From an uncultured virus (IMG/VR IMGVR_UViG_3300029286_000014) (lineage: Duplodnaviria; Heunggongvirae; Uroviricota; Caudoviricetes): 64,000 nt of DNA. Positions within the stretch are counted from its first letter, which is position 1. Each line of letters begins with the position of its first letter. A model generated the notes under the pieces. That model did not search any database. It was not told the DNA's origin and was given only the letters and a program-made list of their open reading frames with translations. This document shows positions 1 through 9,452 of this stretch, piece after piece. The translations under genes were made by a program, and so were the position numbers. Location of the stretch: IMG/VR virus record IMGVR_UViG_3300029286_000014, one strand, 5' to 3'.

Positions 1-2
1 TC

Positions 3-563
3 ACAACAATGTTGAGAGAAACAACAAACAGTTTGATTTCGGAATACCTCAATGTTAATAATATTAAAGAGGATGTAGACATCATCACAAGGCAATATGA
101 TGGTGTCTTATCCTTGAAAAAGTTTGAAATACTAGACAGGTATATTCCTCTTTTGCTAAAAGAGATTTATACAATAATGATAATTTCATCAGATAGACAG
201 AAATATATTGCGGTGAATGAATCTGGTGAAGTTATTGTAAAAGGTGTTTCAAATAAATACGAAGCGATGGATAATGTTTATAAAAAAATATTGAATATTA
301 ATTTCATATCTAAAACAGATGTTTTCAAGAGTTTAGAAAAAATAAAAGAGAATATCATTAAAGGAATTGATATTGAGATTTATCTAATCCCAGATGGAGA
401 ATATTATTCTGTATATTTTAAAGAATTTGGCAGAATAAGATTATCAAAAGTTTCCATTGATACAGATATACTTTCTATTGATGGAAACGACATAGATACA
501 AATGTATATTATGATGTATATTTAAAGACCTTTATAAGGTCTATTGTTTATGACTTCATTTGA
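3..563 (+). CDS. C-terminal part of a possible family B DNA polymerase-like protein (probably 5'-truncated by the window edge)
   Basis: Frame is open from the window start. RQYDGV followed later by YIAV..VIVKGV loosely resembles PolB motif C and the KG motif. Confidence 0.35.
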   Translation, partial: TTMLRETTNSLISEYLNVNNIKEDVDIITRQYDGVLSLKKFEILDRYIPLLLKEIYTIMIISSDRQKYIAVNESGEVIVKGVSNKYEAMDNVYKKILNINFISKTDVFKSLEKIKENIIKGIDIEIYLIPDGEYYSVYFKEFGRIRLSKVSIDTDILSIDGNDIDTNVYYDVYLKTFIRSIVYDFI

Positions 564-576
564 GAAGGAGTTAAAC

Positions 577-663
577 ATGGAAACATTTAAAAAATTTGTA
601 AAAATAGTCCTCATTGGCTTTGGTATAATGATCGCAATTGCTGGTGGGGGAGCAATATGTTAA
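577..663 (+). CDS. 28-aa hydrophobic peptide (METFKKFVKIVLIGFGIMIAIAGGGAIC)
   Basis: SD GAAGGAG 6 nt upstream, one hydrophobic segment, followed by a terminator. Confidence 0.55.
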   Translation: METFKKFVKIVLIGFGIMIAIAGGGAIC

Positions 664-682
664 ACTGACAATAATCTAAACA

Positions 683-713
683 AGAAGGAGTCAAATCGAC
701 TCCTCTTTTTTTT
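683..713 (+). terminator. Rho-independent terminator
   Basis: AGGAGTC/GACTCCT stem followed by a T run. Confidence 0.75.
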
Positions 714-757
714 GCTTTTATTTCCTAACAAAATATAAAAGACAGGAAGTATAATCT

Positions 758-1102
758 ATGAACATATTAGAAAAATATTTAAGAAAAATTCAGTCTTCTT
801 CAGAATCTGTTTTTCCAATGGATTCAGCTCATACGGGTAAGAAATTTGATCCTTCACCTCATTATGTATCAGCTGTGGAAGAGGAACATTCTTCAAAAGA
901 AGAAGATCCAAATCGTTATGACATGAAGATTTCAGATATTTTAAAGAAAGTTGATATGTTTCCAGAACTTTTAAAAGACATTAAAAGAAAAATGAACGAT
1001 ACTAGTGATGAAAATGGGGAACCAATTGAAGAAGAACCCGATAAAGTTAAATCTGAAGACGATTTAAATAGTCAAATAGATAATGTTCCATTAGAAGACT
1101 AA
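758..1102 (+). CDS. acidic hypothetical protein, possible internal virion protein
   Basis: ORF track. Preceded by TAACAAAATATAAAA. The N-terminal ILEKYL resembles other late small proteins here. Confidence 0.5.
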   Translation: MNILEKYLRKIQSSSESVFPMDSAHTGKKFDPSPHYVSAVEEEHSSKEEDPNRYDMKISDILKKVDMFPELLKDIKRKMNDTSDENGEPIEEEPDKVKSEDDLNSQIDNVPLED

Positions 1103-1176
1103 AGTCGAAAAATACTTAGAACAAATGTAAAATAACTACTTTTATTGAAAAAATAGTTTCAACGGAGGATTTAAAA

Positions 1177-1884
1177 ATGCCAAGGTCTGATGCGTATGCA
1201 AATGTGTTTGGAAATATTGCAACAAGAAGGTTTGGAGGAAATATTGGATGGGCTGATCCATATGTTTCAGGATATCATTTTATTTGGTTTGAAAGGTTGC
1301 CAGCGCAATTGCCGGCATATGTTTTAAATGAAGATATATCTTCTCCAACCCAGATTAAACAGCTTCTTGCTGCTTCTTGTATGAGGGTAACCCCCCCAGG
1401 TGGAACTTTAAACAGAATTGAGTTTAATGCTCTCGGTGGAACAAAATGGGGCGTACCAGGAAATGTTGATTATGGAAATCAGGTTGGAATACAATTCCTA
1501 GAATTTAGTAATACACCAATTCTTGAAATCTTGCACGGATGGTTTGAATTAATGAGAGATTCCATAACGGGTATGGCTGATTTTGATTCTAATTTAGCAA
1601 GTTACTCAAAGAATGAATATTCGGGGACTCTTCTCTATTTTACGTCAACACCAGATTTGAAAGGAATTGAATATTATGCATATTATGATGGCGTATTCCC
1701 ACTGAAAGATCCTCAGGATCTGTTCACTGGTGATATAACAGCAAGTGATAAACTTGAAATTGAACTTGATTTTAATGTCGATTATGTTTGGCATCAGGAT
1801 TGGGTTTATGAGAAAGCAACAGCACAGTTAGAAGAGTTCAGAACTAGTGCAATAGAAGTGAATGCAAACGGTTCATCATATTAA
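1177..1884 (+). CDS. tail tube protein (T4 gp19-like)
   Basis: Size and pattern (PG...G...F.E...W.....D..TG; Y.YYDGVFP...F.VDY), and position before baseplate genes. Confidence 0.65.
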   Translation: MPRSDAYANVFGNIATRRFGGNIGWADPYVSGYHFIWFERLPAQLPAYVLNEDISSPTQIKQLLAASCMRVTPPGGTLNRIEFNALGGTKWGVPGNVDYGNQVGIQFLEFSNTPILEILHGWFELMRDSITGMADFDSNLASYSKNEYSGTLLYFTSTPDLKGIEYYAYYDGVFPLKDPQDLFTGDITASDKLEIELDFNVDYVWHQDWVYEKATAQLEEFRTSAIEVNANGSSY

Positions 1885-1927
1885 GTTTTAAAAAATAAAA
1901 ATAGATTAAAAAGAAAGGGGATCAAAG

Positions 1928-2716
1928 ATGTTTACAGGATTCGATGTAAAGTTACCAGAATACGAAGTAGTGACACCACAAACGAAAAATTCGTTTACAC
2001 TGAGAACAATGATGGTTAAGGATGAAGAAAAACTTAAAACAAGTGTTATGACACCTGGAAAAGTAACAGAGCATCTCAATAGATGTCTTTATGATGTTAT
2101 GGTTTTAAAACCAGAAAAGATAATTGATTATCAAACTTTTCTGAGAAATACAACCATGAAAGACAGAGATGCAATTCTATTTGGTGTGTATCACATAACT
2201 TATGGAGAAGTTAGAGAATACGACATAAGATGTGGAGACTGCAAAAAAGAGTTTCCAATAACATTTCAAATGTCAGATGCATTTTCTATAAATCCATACC
2301 CAGATGATGATATTCTGGAAAAAAGAGTTAAAGTTGATCTTGTAACTCTGAAAGGAATATCTGTTTATCTTAGGCAACCAACACTTGCGGATGAAGAATC
2401 TGCATTTAAAGAACTAGGAACAAGTTCAACAATTTCGACCGATAGTATTATAAATACCTTGGCAATTGAAAGATTTGAACAAGATGTTGATGTTGCAAAA
2501 GAACCAATTAAATATATTGCAATAGCAGATAAGATTGACGCATTTAAAAATATTCCTCCAAAAGATAAGAAGTTGATTCTTGAAAAGTATATTGAAGAAT
2601 TCGGGAAATATGGAATTGAATTAAAAATAAAAGTTCATTGTATTTATTGTGGGCATACTGATGTTATTCCCATAGATTTGGTGGAAAACTTTTTTCGAAT
2701 GGTGTACACATCCTGA
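1928..2716 (+). CDS. baseplate hub / tail assembly chaperone (T4 gp26-like)
   Basis: LPEYEV..P....F.LRTM.VKDE start, CGDC and CIYC zinc pairs, C-terminal ENFF. Confidence 0.65.
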   Translation: MFTGFDVKLPEYEVVTPQTKNSFTLRTMMVKDEEKLKTSVMTPGKVTEHLNRCLYDVMVLKPEKIIDYQTFLRNTTMKDRDAILFGVYHITYGEVREYDIRCGDCKKEFPITFQMSDAFSINPYPDDDILEKRVKVDLVTLKGISVYLRQPTLADEESAFKELGTSSTISTDSIINTLAIERFEQDVDVAKEPIKYIAIADKIDAFKNIPPKDKKLILEKYIEEFGKYGIELKIKVHCIYCGHTDVIPIDLVENFFRMVYTS

Positions 2717-2924
2717 TTGGATTTCTAATTATAGAAAAGATCTCCAGGAAGAATTATTTAATGCAATGGAAGCAACAAAACAACCATATGAATCTTTAAT
2801 ATCAATGCCTGTTAAAAGATTTAAAGATTTTCTTAAATGGAAAGCTGATCTTGAGGAACAGAAAGCAAAAATGCTTGACGCTGCTAAAGCTCAGATGGGC
2901 AGAACCAACATGAGGAAGAGGTAA
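2694..2924 (+). CDS. +1-frame extension of the chaperone gene (gp51/gpT-like), probably reached by frameshifting
   Basis: 76 open codons (FEWCTHPDW...SLISMPVKRFKDFLKWK...) starting at TTTTTTCGA. No start codon with a well-placed SD. Confidence 0.55.
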   Translation, partial: FEWCTHPDWISNYRKDLQEELFNAMEATKQPYESLISMPVKRFKDFLKWKADLEEQKAKMLDAAKAQMGRTNMRKR

Positions 2925-2931
2925 TAAATAA

Positions 2932-3342
2932 ATGCCAAATATAATGGATAGATTTAACAATAATGTTGTTGGATCTAACAACCAAATTTATGATTACATT
3001 CCTGTTATCTCTTCTAGTGGTGATTTTGTAAGAATTTCAGGAATTGATGTTATTCTTAATTCTTGGAATAATATTCTTGAAACATTTATAGGTTCATATG
3101 ATAACGATCCAGAATTTGGATGTGATTTGTATAAGTATGTATTTGAACAATTTGATAGTAAAACAGAAGAGGATATTGTGTTTACTGTTAAAAATCAAAT
3201 AATGAAATTTGATAATCGAGCGATTATAGAAAATGTTGATATTATGAGAAATATAGCTGAAAAGTTAATAATTATAAAAGTATATGTAGCTTATAGAAAT
3301 CAATATGGAGAAATAACTGTAACAGTTGGAGGATTAACATAA
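2932..3342 (+). CDS. baseplate wedge subunit (gp25-like)
   Basis: NIL.T..G....PEFGC.L..YVFE and FDNRA.I motifs typical of the GPW/gp25 family. Confidence 0.8.
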   Translation: MPNIMDRFNNNVVGSNNQIYDYIPVISSSGDFVRISGIDVILNSWNNILETFIGSYDNDPEFGCDLYKYVFEQFDSKTEEDIVFTVKNQIMKFDNRAIIENVDIMRNIAEKLIIIKVYVAYRNQYGEITVTVGGLT

Positions 3343-3343
3343 A

Positions 3344-3856
3344 GTGTTTCTCTATTATTGTGTACTAAAAAAGTATAAAGGAATTTTTAAAAAGAGACAT
3401 GCTGGGAATTCACATATTTTATATTGTCCTCTCCCAAATGGAAAAACACTAATTTTAGGATTAGTTGGAAAAATTGAAGGAGAAGAGGATTTATATTCAT
3501 CAGTTTTGGTGTATATGGTTCCAACTGATATGGTTGATGATATAGTGCTCAGACAAATGGATGAGTTTGGATGGAAATTTGAAAGATTAGATAAGATTCC
3601 AGTTAGTGTTACTGGAACAACAACAAAATCAAGAATTAGACTTCTTGAAAAAAGTCAATTCATAAAATCTAATCTATCAATTGAATTTGACCCAGACCAC
3701 AGTCAATCACCAGTCTATATATTTTTTATATCAGGAAAATTTGATTTTATGGAAACAGAAATGGTTGGAATCGAAACTGATATGAGATCGGTTGCAATGA
3801 AAAAAAGATCTATAACAAAAAGTATTTTAAGAAAATCAATTATGAGGAAAGATTAG
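3344..3856 (+). CDS. hypothetical protein
   Basis: ORF in the structural operon. Confidence 0.5.
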   Translation: MFLYYCVLKKYKGIFKKRHAGNSHILYCPLPNGKTLILGLVGKIEGEEDLYSSVLVYMVPTDMVDDIVLRQMDEFGWKFERLDKIPVSVTGTTTKSRIRLLEKSQFIKSNLSIEFDPDHSQSPVYIFFISGKFDFMETEMVGIETDMRSVAMKKRSITKSILRKSIMRKD

Positions 3857-3858
3857 TC

Positions 3859-4470
3859 ATGCACAAGAACGACAAAAAAGTATTAGCGTTGTGCTGTAAA
3901 AAGAATTTAATATCTATAATTAAGGAATGCGAAGATTTGGATAACAACATGAAATATAAATTTGCGAAAGAAATTTATAATATGAATAATGATGTTATCT
4001 TAAAAAAAGTATTTATGAATGAACAAGGAACCATTCAAGATCTTGAACCAGATCAATCAAGACAATTAAAATATATGGGTGCGGCAGCTATTGGTGGTTA
4101 TGCTGCTTCAAAAATGGGAGCAAATGTTGGTGTAGGTATTGCTGGGGGTGCAGCTCTTGGAGCGCTTGCATTATTTGTTTACAGAAAAGTTTCAAATCCT
4201 TGTATTCAGCAAGCAGTAAAATTAAAAAGTGCAACAATAACCCAAAGAAGAATGCACGTTCATAAATGCCAAGCGAATGCTGCAAGAAGGGTTATTGCTG
4301 AATTGACGCCAAGAATGTCAGCTTGTGCTGGTGCAAAAAATCCGACAAGATGCCAAATTGATTTAACGAATGTTATCAATCATTGGAAACAGAAGTATCA
4401 AGATGAGATGTTAAAACTTTCAAAACTGGAAAAAGCATCTGCGCCTTATAGTGCTGATGAAGAACAATAA
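3859..4470 (+). CDS. putative virion protein with a Gly/Ala-rich hydrophobic segment and Cys-patterned C-terminus
   Basis: Shares HKCQA..C..C with 4494..5060 and resembles 42146..42676. Confidence 0.55.
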   Translation: MHKNDKKVLALCCKKNLISIIKECEDLDNNMKYKFAKEIYNMNNDVILKKVFMNEQGTIQDLEPDQSRQLKYMGAAAIGGYAASKMGANVGVGIAGGAALGALALFVYRKVSNPCIQQAVKLKSATITQRRMHVHKCQANAARRVIAELTPRMSACAGAKNPTRCQIDLTNVINHWKQKYQDEMLKLSKLEKASAPYSADEEQ

Positions 4471-4493
4471 AAACTAAAGAGAGGATTAAAAAA

Positions 4494-5060
4494 ATGTTAA
4501 AAGACACAGTATCAATTATTTTACAAGAGTATTGCATTAGTGAAGTTTTAGATAAGGTGAAAATTGGTAAGATCCCGGCAAATAAAGCAGACATACTGAT
4601 CAAAAAAATCAATGAGATGGATTTGGTAGAAGTTTCTAGATTATCAGAGAAATTTTTTATGAGTAAAGGTGATAGAAAGACTGTTAAAAAGTCGAAGACT
4701 GCAATGAAGGATCTCAGTTCGGTTGCTAGATTGCATGGAATGAAAGACAGGTGGCGAATGACAGGAATAGCTAAAGGTGGAAACATAATTTCTCAGGGGC
4801 TTGCTGGTATACATAATTTTATATTCCAAACAATGGATGCATGTAGGGATGCAGCAAATGCTATTGAAGATGCTACCCAAAGAAGGGAAAAGTATCATAA
4901 ATGCCAGGCAAAAGTTATCAACGCAACAGTTTCAAGACTACAGCAACTATTGTCAAGATGCGAAGATGATAAATGTAAGAATAAAATTGGCAAAAAGATT
5001 GCGAAACTGAAGAACGCTCTGAGATATCAAGAACTGGGCTCAATCGCAACAGTAGTTTAA
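4494..5060 (+). CDS. putative virion protein, paralog of 3859..4470
   Basis: YHKCQAK...RCEDDKCKNKIGKKI. Confidence 0.55.
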   Translation: MLKDTVSIILQEYCISEVLDKVKIGKIPANKADILIKKINEMDLVEVSRLSEKFFMSKGDRKTVKKSKTAMKDLSSVARLHGMKDRWRMTGIAKGGNIISQGLAGIHNFIFQTMDACRDAANAIEDATQRREKYHKCQAKVINATVSRLQQLLSRCEDDKCKNKIGKKIAKLKNALRYQELGSIATVV

Positions 5061-5067
5061 AATTTTT

Positions 5068-5100
5068 AAGGATCCTTGTTTTTAACAAGGATCCTTTTTA
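5068..5100 (+). terminator. terminator hairpin
   Basis: 13-bp perfect inverted repeat AAGGATCCTTGTT/AACAAGGATCCTT with T runs. Confidence 0.7.
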
Positions 5101-5107
5101 AATTATT

Positions 5108-5761
5108 ATGCAAAATTATCAAAGAACATACGACTACATATATGAGTATTGGCACGAAATTTATGACATATATGCTCGTCACGCGATTGCATATTTGGTT
5201 ACTTATTACAATATAAGTACAGGAGCAACAGTTTGGGATGATTCAAAATTGATGGGAGGTCCTTATGAAAAAATAGGATCACTCTCAGGACTTAGATGGA
5301 ATAGATATTTAACACTTCCAGTATTTTTTATTACCGAAACAGAAACTACATATACAGCTGAAGAAACTGGGTATTTAACAAATGAAAAAATGACAGACTT
5401 TGTTATTCCTAGTGATTATGGAATTATTCCATATCCAGATGACATTATCAAATTGGATCAGAGATATCTTGTTAATAATTTAAGCAATGATAAATTTTCA
5501 TTATATACTGTTCAAGGAATTAAGAAACAATCACCAGCTGATAAAACATATTATCAAGTTCATTGTAGAGTAAATCAGAGTAGAACAACAACAGAAGTTG
5601 ACAGACAACTAGATCAAACATTTGTATTTTTTGATTATGATAAAAAAATACATACAGTTCCTGAATCAGTTGTATTAACTAGAATGTTAAATAAAAATGA
5701 AGAAATCGCAGAGAGACTCACTGGAATGTTCGATGAAAACAGTGGGTTTTACTATATCTAA
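5108..5761 (+). CDS. putative neck / head-completion or other structural protein
   Basis: Context only, plus a PYPDD.I-type beta-barrel pattern. Confidence 0.35.
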   Translation: MQNYQRTYDYIYEYWHEIYDIYARHAIAYLVTYYNISTGATVWDDSKLMGGPYEKIGSLSGLRWNRYLTLPVFFITETETTYTAEETGYLTNEKMTDFVIPSDYGIIPYPDDIIKLDQRYLVNNLSNDKFSLYTVQGIKKQSPADKTYYQVHCRVNQSRTTTEVDRQLDQTFVFFDYDKKIHTVPESVVLTRMLNKNEEIAERLTGMFDENSGFYYI

Positions 5762-5775
5762 AAGAGGAAAATAAA

Positions 5776-6318
5776 ATGACAAATTTAGAAGCAATAAAAG
5801 CATTACTAACAAGAAGAGTACTCCAAAAAGTTAATGAAGGAACAATTAGTAAACCAAGAGCCAAGAAACTTATTATTGAAGGAATCTTGAATCTAACTGG
5901 AACAAAAGTTGTTGAAAAAATAAGAGAAGATGAAGAATCAAATAAACCATCTAAATGGAAGAAAGTTGCTAGAGTTGCTAGAAAAGGAGCCATTTATGCA
6001 GCAGGAACATTAGGTGGAATGTATGCTGGCGGAAAACTTGGAAAGAAATATGGTGGGAAAGCCGGTGAAGGTATTGGTAGTAACTCTGCTTCAATAGTTA
6101 CACAGAATACTGATTGGAATAAAGAGGCTAAACATTACGGAAAACTTGCAGGAGGAGTACACGGAAGAGCTCTTGGAGCTAAAGTAGGAAAAGTTCAGGG
6201 GGCTGCTGTTGGATTAGCTGCCGCGCATGCATTAAACAGAAAGTTGGATGAAAGAAGAAAAAGAAAGGAAGAAGCAACACAACAAATAAATAAACAAATG
6301 ACTACAAAAAATAAATAA
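5776..6318 (+). CDS. basic glycine-zipper protein, tandem paralog 1
   Basis: First ~85 aa nearly identical to 6341..6859. GxxxG repeats. Confidence 0.7.
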   Translation: MTNLEAIKALLTRRVLQKVNEGTISKPRAKKLIIEGILNLTGTKVVEKIREDEESNKPSKWKKVARVARKGAIYAAGTLGGMYAGGKLGKKYGGKAGEGIGSNSASIVTQNTDWNKEAKHYGKLAGGVHGRALGAKVGKVQGAAVGLAAAHALNRKLDERRKRKEEATQQINKQMTTKNK

Positions 6319-6340
6319 TAAATTAAAAGAGGAAATTATA

Positions 6341-6859
6341 ATGACAAATTTAGAGGCAATTAAAGCACTACTAACACAAAGAGTTTTACAAAAAGTTAAT
6401 GAAGGAACAATAAGTAAACGAAGAGCCAAGAAACTTATTGTTGAAGGAATTCTGAATCTTACTGGTGCAAATGTTGTTTCTCATATTAGGGAAGAGGAAG
6501 AAAATAATAAGGAATCTAAATGGAAGAAAGTTGCAAGAGGAGCTGCTAAAGGAGCTATTTATGCAGGCGGAATAGTTGGTGGAATGTATGCTGGAGGCCG
6601 TGCAGGACAAGCTATTGAAAAACATGCTGGAAAACATATTGGTCCTAAAATATATAAAATGTTTAGAAAAGATGGGGATCCTGAAGGTGGCAAAAATGGT
6701 GGGCATCAATTGAGTGTGCTTGGAAATGTTGCTGGTGGTGTAGCAGGATTTAAAACTGCCCAAATGCTAAACAAAAAGCTTTTTGACGCAAAGAAAAAGA
6801 AAGAAGAAGCTGCTAAAGAAGTAGCAAAAGAAACTGCTGCAAAAAAACTTAGAAAATAA
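6341..6859 (+). CDS. basic glycine-zipper protein, tandem paralog 2
   Basis: See the previous feature. Confidence 0.7.
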   Translation: MTNLEAIKALLTQRVLQKVNEGTISKRRAKKLIVEGILNLTGANVVSHIREEEENNKESKWKKVARGAAKGAIYAGGIVGGMYAGGRAGQAIEKHAGKHIGPKIYKMFRKDGDPEGGKNGGHQLSVLGNVAGGVAGFKTAQMLNKKLFDAKKKKEEAAKEVAKETAAKKLRK

Positions 6860-6891
6860 GCTTCACCCCTTAAAGGAGTTCAATACATTAG

Positions 6892-9450
6892 ATGGCCGAT
6901 ATTTTTAATACGTCTTCAACTCAAAAATTGTCTTCACAGATTTTCATGTCTAGAGATCAAATAAGATCGATGATATGTGAATATATGAAAGATTATCTTG
7001 AGCTTGAGAATGTTGACCTAACGAAAAGTTCATTTTTATCTTATCTAATTAATATAATATCAACCCTTACATCTAATCTTTTGTTTTACGAAGGATCAAT
7101 ATATAAAGAATTCTTTTTAACTAAAGCACAACTCCCAGAATCGGTAATCAATTTATCAGCATTTTTAGGGTATGATATTGTCAAAGCAGTTCCTGCAGAT
7201 GCTTCAGTAACAATGAATGTTCCTTTGGGATTTAGTTCAAATTCTGTAAAATTTCAAATACCAAAATATTTCAATTTTTATACCGATGCGTGTTCTTTTA
7301 TGACAACTTACACAACATATATTGAAGTAACTAACAATATTGATGTAAAAATTGAAGCTGATTTTGAATCATACAGATATAGAATTCCATATACATATGT
7401 TGATACCACTGATGGTGGGCCGGCATTCAAATTTGATCTTCCAGTTTTACAACAAAAGATTGTTCCAGATGTCAAATATATTGATGCGGATATCAAAGAC
7501 TATCAATTTCCTGAAGTAATGATCGATGTCGATAACTCACAACAATTATTTAAAACTGATGTTTATGTTACGCCTCCTGATACAACAGTTCCTATTTCTG
7601 AATATATAGAATATTATACCGAATATCAAAGTTTGTATCTCATTCCATTAAATGAAAGAGGGTATGTTTCAAGAAAAACACAGGAAGGAAGAAGAATAAC
7701 ATTTGGTAATGGTCTTGTTGGTGTTCAACCAACAGGAGGATCAAAAGTAGATATTAATTCATATCTAACTTATGGTGCATTAGGAAATGTTCCAGCAGGT
7801 ACAATACTTCGTGGTGACAAGGTTTATTGCACAATTGATAATCAAACTTTCTTAATTGAATATACTTGTATAAATACAATCGCTGCTGAAAATGGCGCAG
7901 ATGAAGAAAGCACAGACGAAATAAGAAGCAATGCTATAAAAAGTCTTGTATCAATGGATAGATTTGTGTCGGAACAAGATTATAAAAATGCAGACGTTAT
8001 TTTAGAAGGAACACCATTTGGAAGTAACTCATTAGCAATTCTTAAAAGATCAGATGTAAGATGTAATGAAATTCAGGTTTATACAACATTAAAATATCAA
8101 GATAGCACAAATGTAGTTGAAATTGTTCCAACAATCAATGCATCTTATAGTGAAGTAACTACTACACCATCAAATAGAATTCCAAAATACACAGAAATTA
8201 TTTCTGATGGAACATCGTATTTGACAATGTTTGATATTAAACCAGAAATTATGAATACTGTTGCAGTTTATGAATATGTTTTAAACTCTATATCCGTTGA
8301 TCCGTCTCTAGTTAATACAGAAAGACAGAGCTATTACGGAATTGAAATTGGAAAAATGGATGTAAGTGTTGACTCAACGAGTAATGCAGCCGTTTTTGTT
8401 CTTAATTATAATGCGGTTTCAGTAGATCCAACTGCTGCGTGCACATTTAAGATTCCTGCATTAAGTGTTGAATATGTGATGGATCACGATCCAATACAAA
8501 AAACATTTACTTTAACTTTTTCACCTTATACATTATTTCCAGAAGGATTTGTGAATATAATTCTTGATATTGAGTCAATAGAAACAAAAGCTTCTTATGA
8601 AGTTTCATTAACATTAAGAAGAGATTTATTTGATACAATGCAATCTAATTTAACCTACGATACAACAAGTAGCACTCTGGTTATTTTTGATATCCCAGTT
8701 GTTCTGACAGATTATTATCGAGGGTTGGCAGATAAAGATGCATTTGAAAGTAATTGTTTACAGAAGCTAGTTAATAATACATATTTTGAAAATAATCGTA
8801 TGCTTACGGACTTTGTGAATTTAAAATTTGCAAATACATTTGGTAATTTGGTAAATATGAAATACAATGTGGCTAGAAAGCCTCCGGTTATAGATTTTGT
8901 ATTTAATTATCCAATAGATTCATCTACTGGGTATAAATATATTATAAGTTCTGATCCAGTTGCTGAACTGATGGACTACAAAGGAAACTATTTAACAAAA
9001 TTGAGTTCAGGATGGAAACTAGAAAGACCAAGCACAAACGATGTTGTTTATGTTATACAAAGAGATCAAAAATATATTTTTAATGGGAGTTCATGGATAA
9101 TTCCGGTATTTAAAATACCACTAGAAATAAAAATTGAAGCATTTAAAGAAAGTTCATATTTTGGAAGTTCTGATGAATTAAAGAATGCTATTACCACAGC
9201 TCTATTTGATAATTTCAGTAGCAGATTTGGTATAAATATACAATTGTATAGATCCGAAATAATCAAGGTTGTTCAATCTGTTGATGGTGTTGACCACTGC
9301 AATCTGATTGAACCAAACTGTGATATATTCTTTGATTTTGATTTGAAAGATTTGACTCAAGATGAATTGATGTTATATTCCCCAGAATATGTTTATTTTG
9401 TTGCGCCTACTGGAACAAAATCAGGAAGTATCTCAATAAGGATTATTTAA
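6892..9450 (+). CDS. baseplate wedge subunit (T4 gp6-like)
   Basis: FLTKAQLPESV..L..FLGY, ITFGNG..G..P, YLT.GA.GNV, GADEES.DEIR and R.V...DY motifs. Confidence 0.8.
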   Translation: MADIFNTSSTQKLSSQIFMSRDQIRSMICEYMKDYLELENVDLTKSSFLSYLINIISTLTSNLLFYEGSIYKEFFLTKAQLPESVINLSAFLGYDIVKAVPADASVTMNVPLGFSSNSVKFQIPKYFNFYTDACSFMTTYTTYIEVTNNIDVKIEADFESYRYRIPYTYVDTTDGGPAFKFDLPVLQQKIVPDVKYIDADIKDYQFPEVMIDVDNSQQLFKTDVYVTPPDTTVPISEYIEYYTEYQSLYLIPLNERGYVSRKTQEGRRITFGNGLVGVQPTGGSKVDINSYLTYGALGNVPAGTILRGDKVYCTIDNQTFLIEYTCINTIAAENGADEESTDEIRSNAIKSLVSMDRFVSEQDYKNADVILEGTPFGSNSLAILKRSDVRCNEIQVYTTLKYQDSTNVVEIVPTINASYSEVTTTPSNRIPKYTEIISDGTSYLTMFDIKPEIMNTVAVYEYVLNSISVDPSLVNTERQSYYGIEIGKMDVSVDSTSNAAVFVLNYNAVSVDPTAACTFKIPALSVEYVMDHDPIQKTFTLTFSPYTLFPEGFVNIILDIESIETKASYEVSLTLRRDLFDTMQSNLTYDTTSSTLVIFDIPVVLTDYYRGLADKDAFESNCLQKLVNNTYFENNRMLTDFVNLKFANTFGNLVNMKYNVARKPPVIDFVFNYPIDSSTGYKYIISSDPVAELMDYKGNYLTKLSSGWKLERPSTNDVVYVIQRDQKYIFNGSSWIIPVFKIPLEIKIEAFKESSYFGSSDELKNAITTALFDNFSSRFGINIQLYRSEIIKVVQSVDGVDHCNLIEPNCDIFFDFDLKDLTQDELMLYSPEYVYFVAPTGTKSGSISIRII

Positions 9451-9452
9451 CA

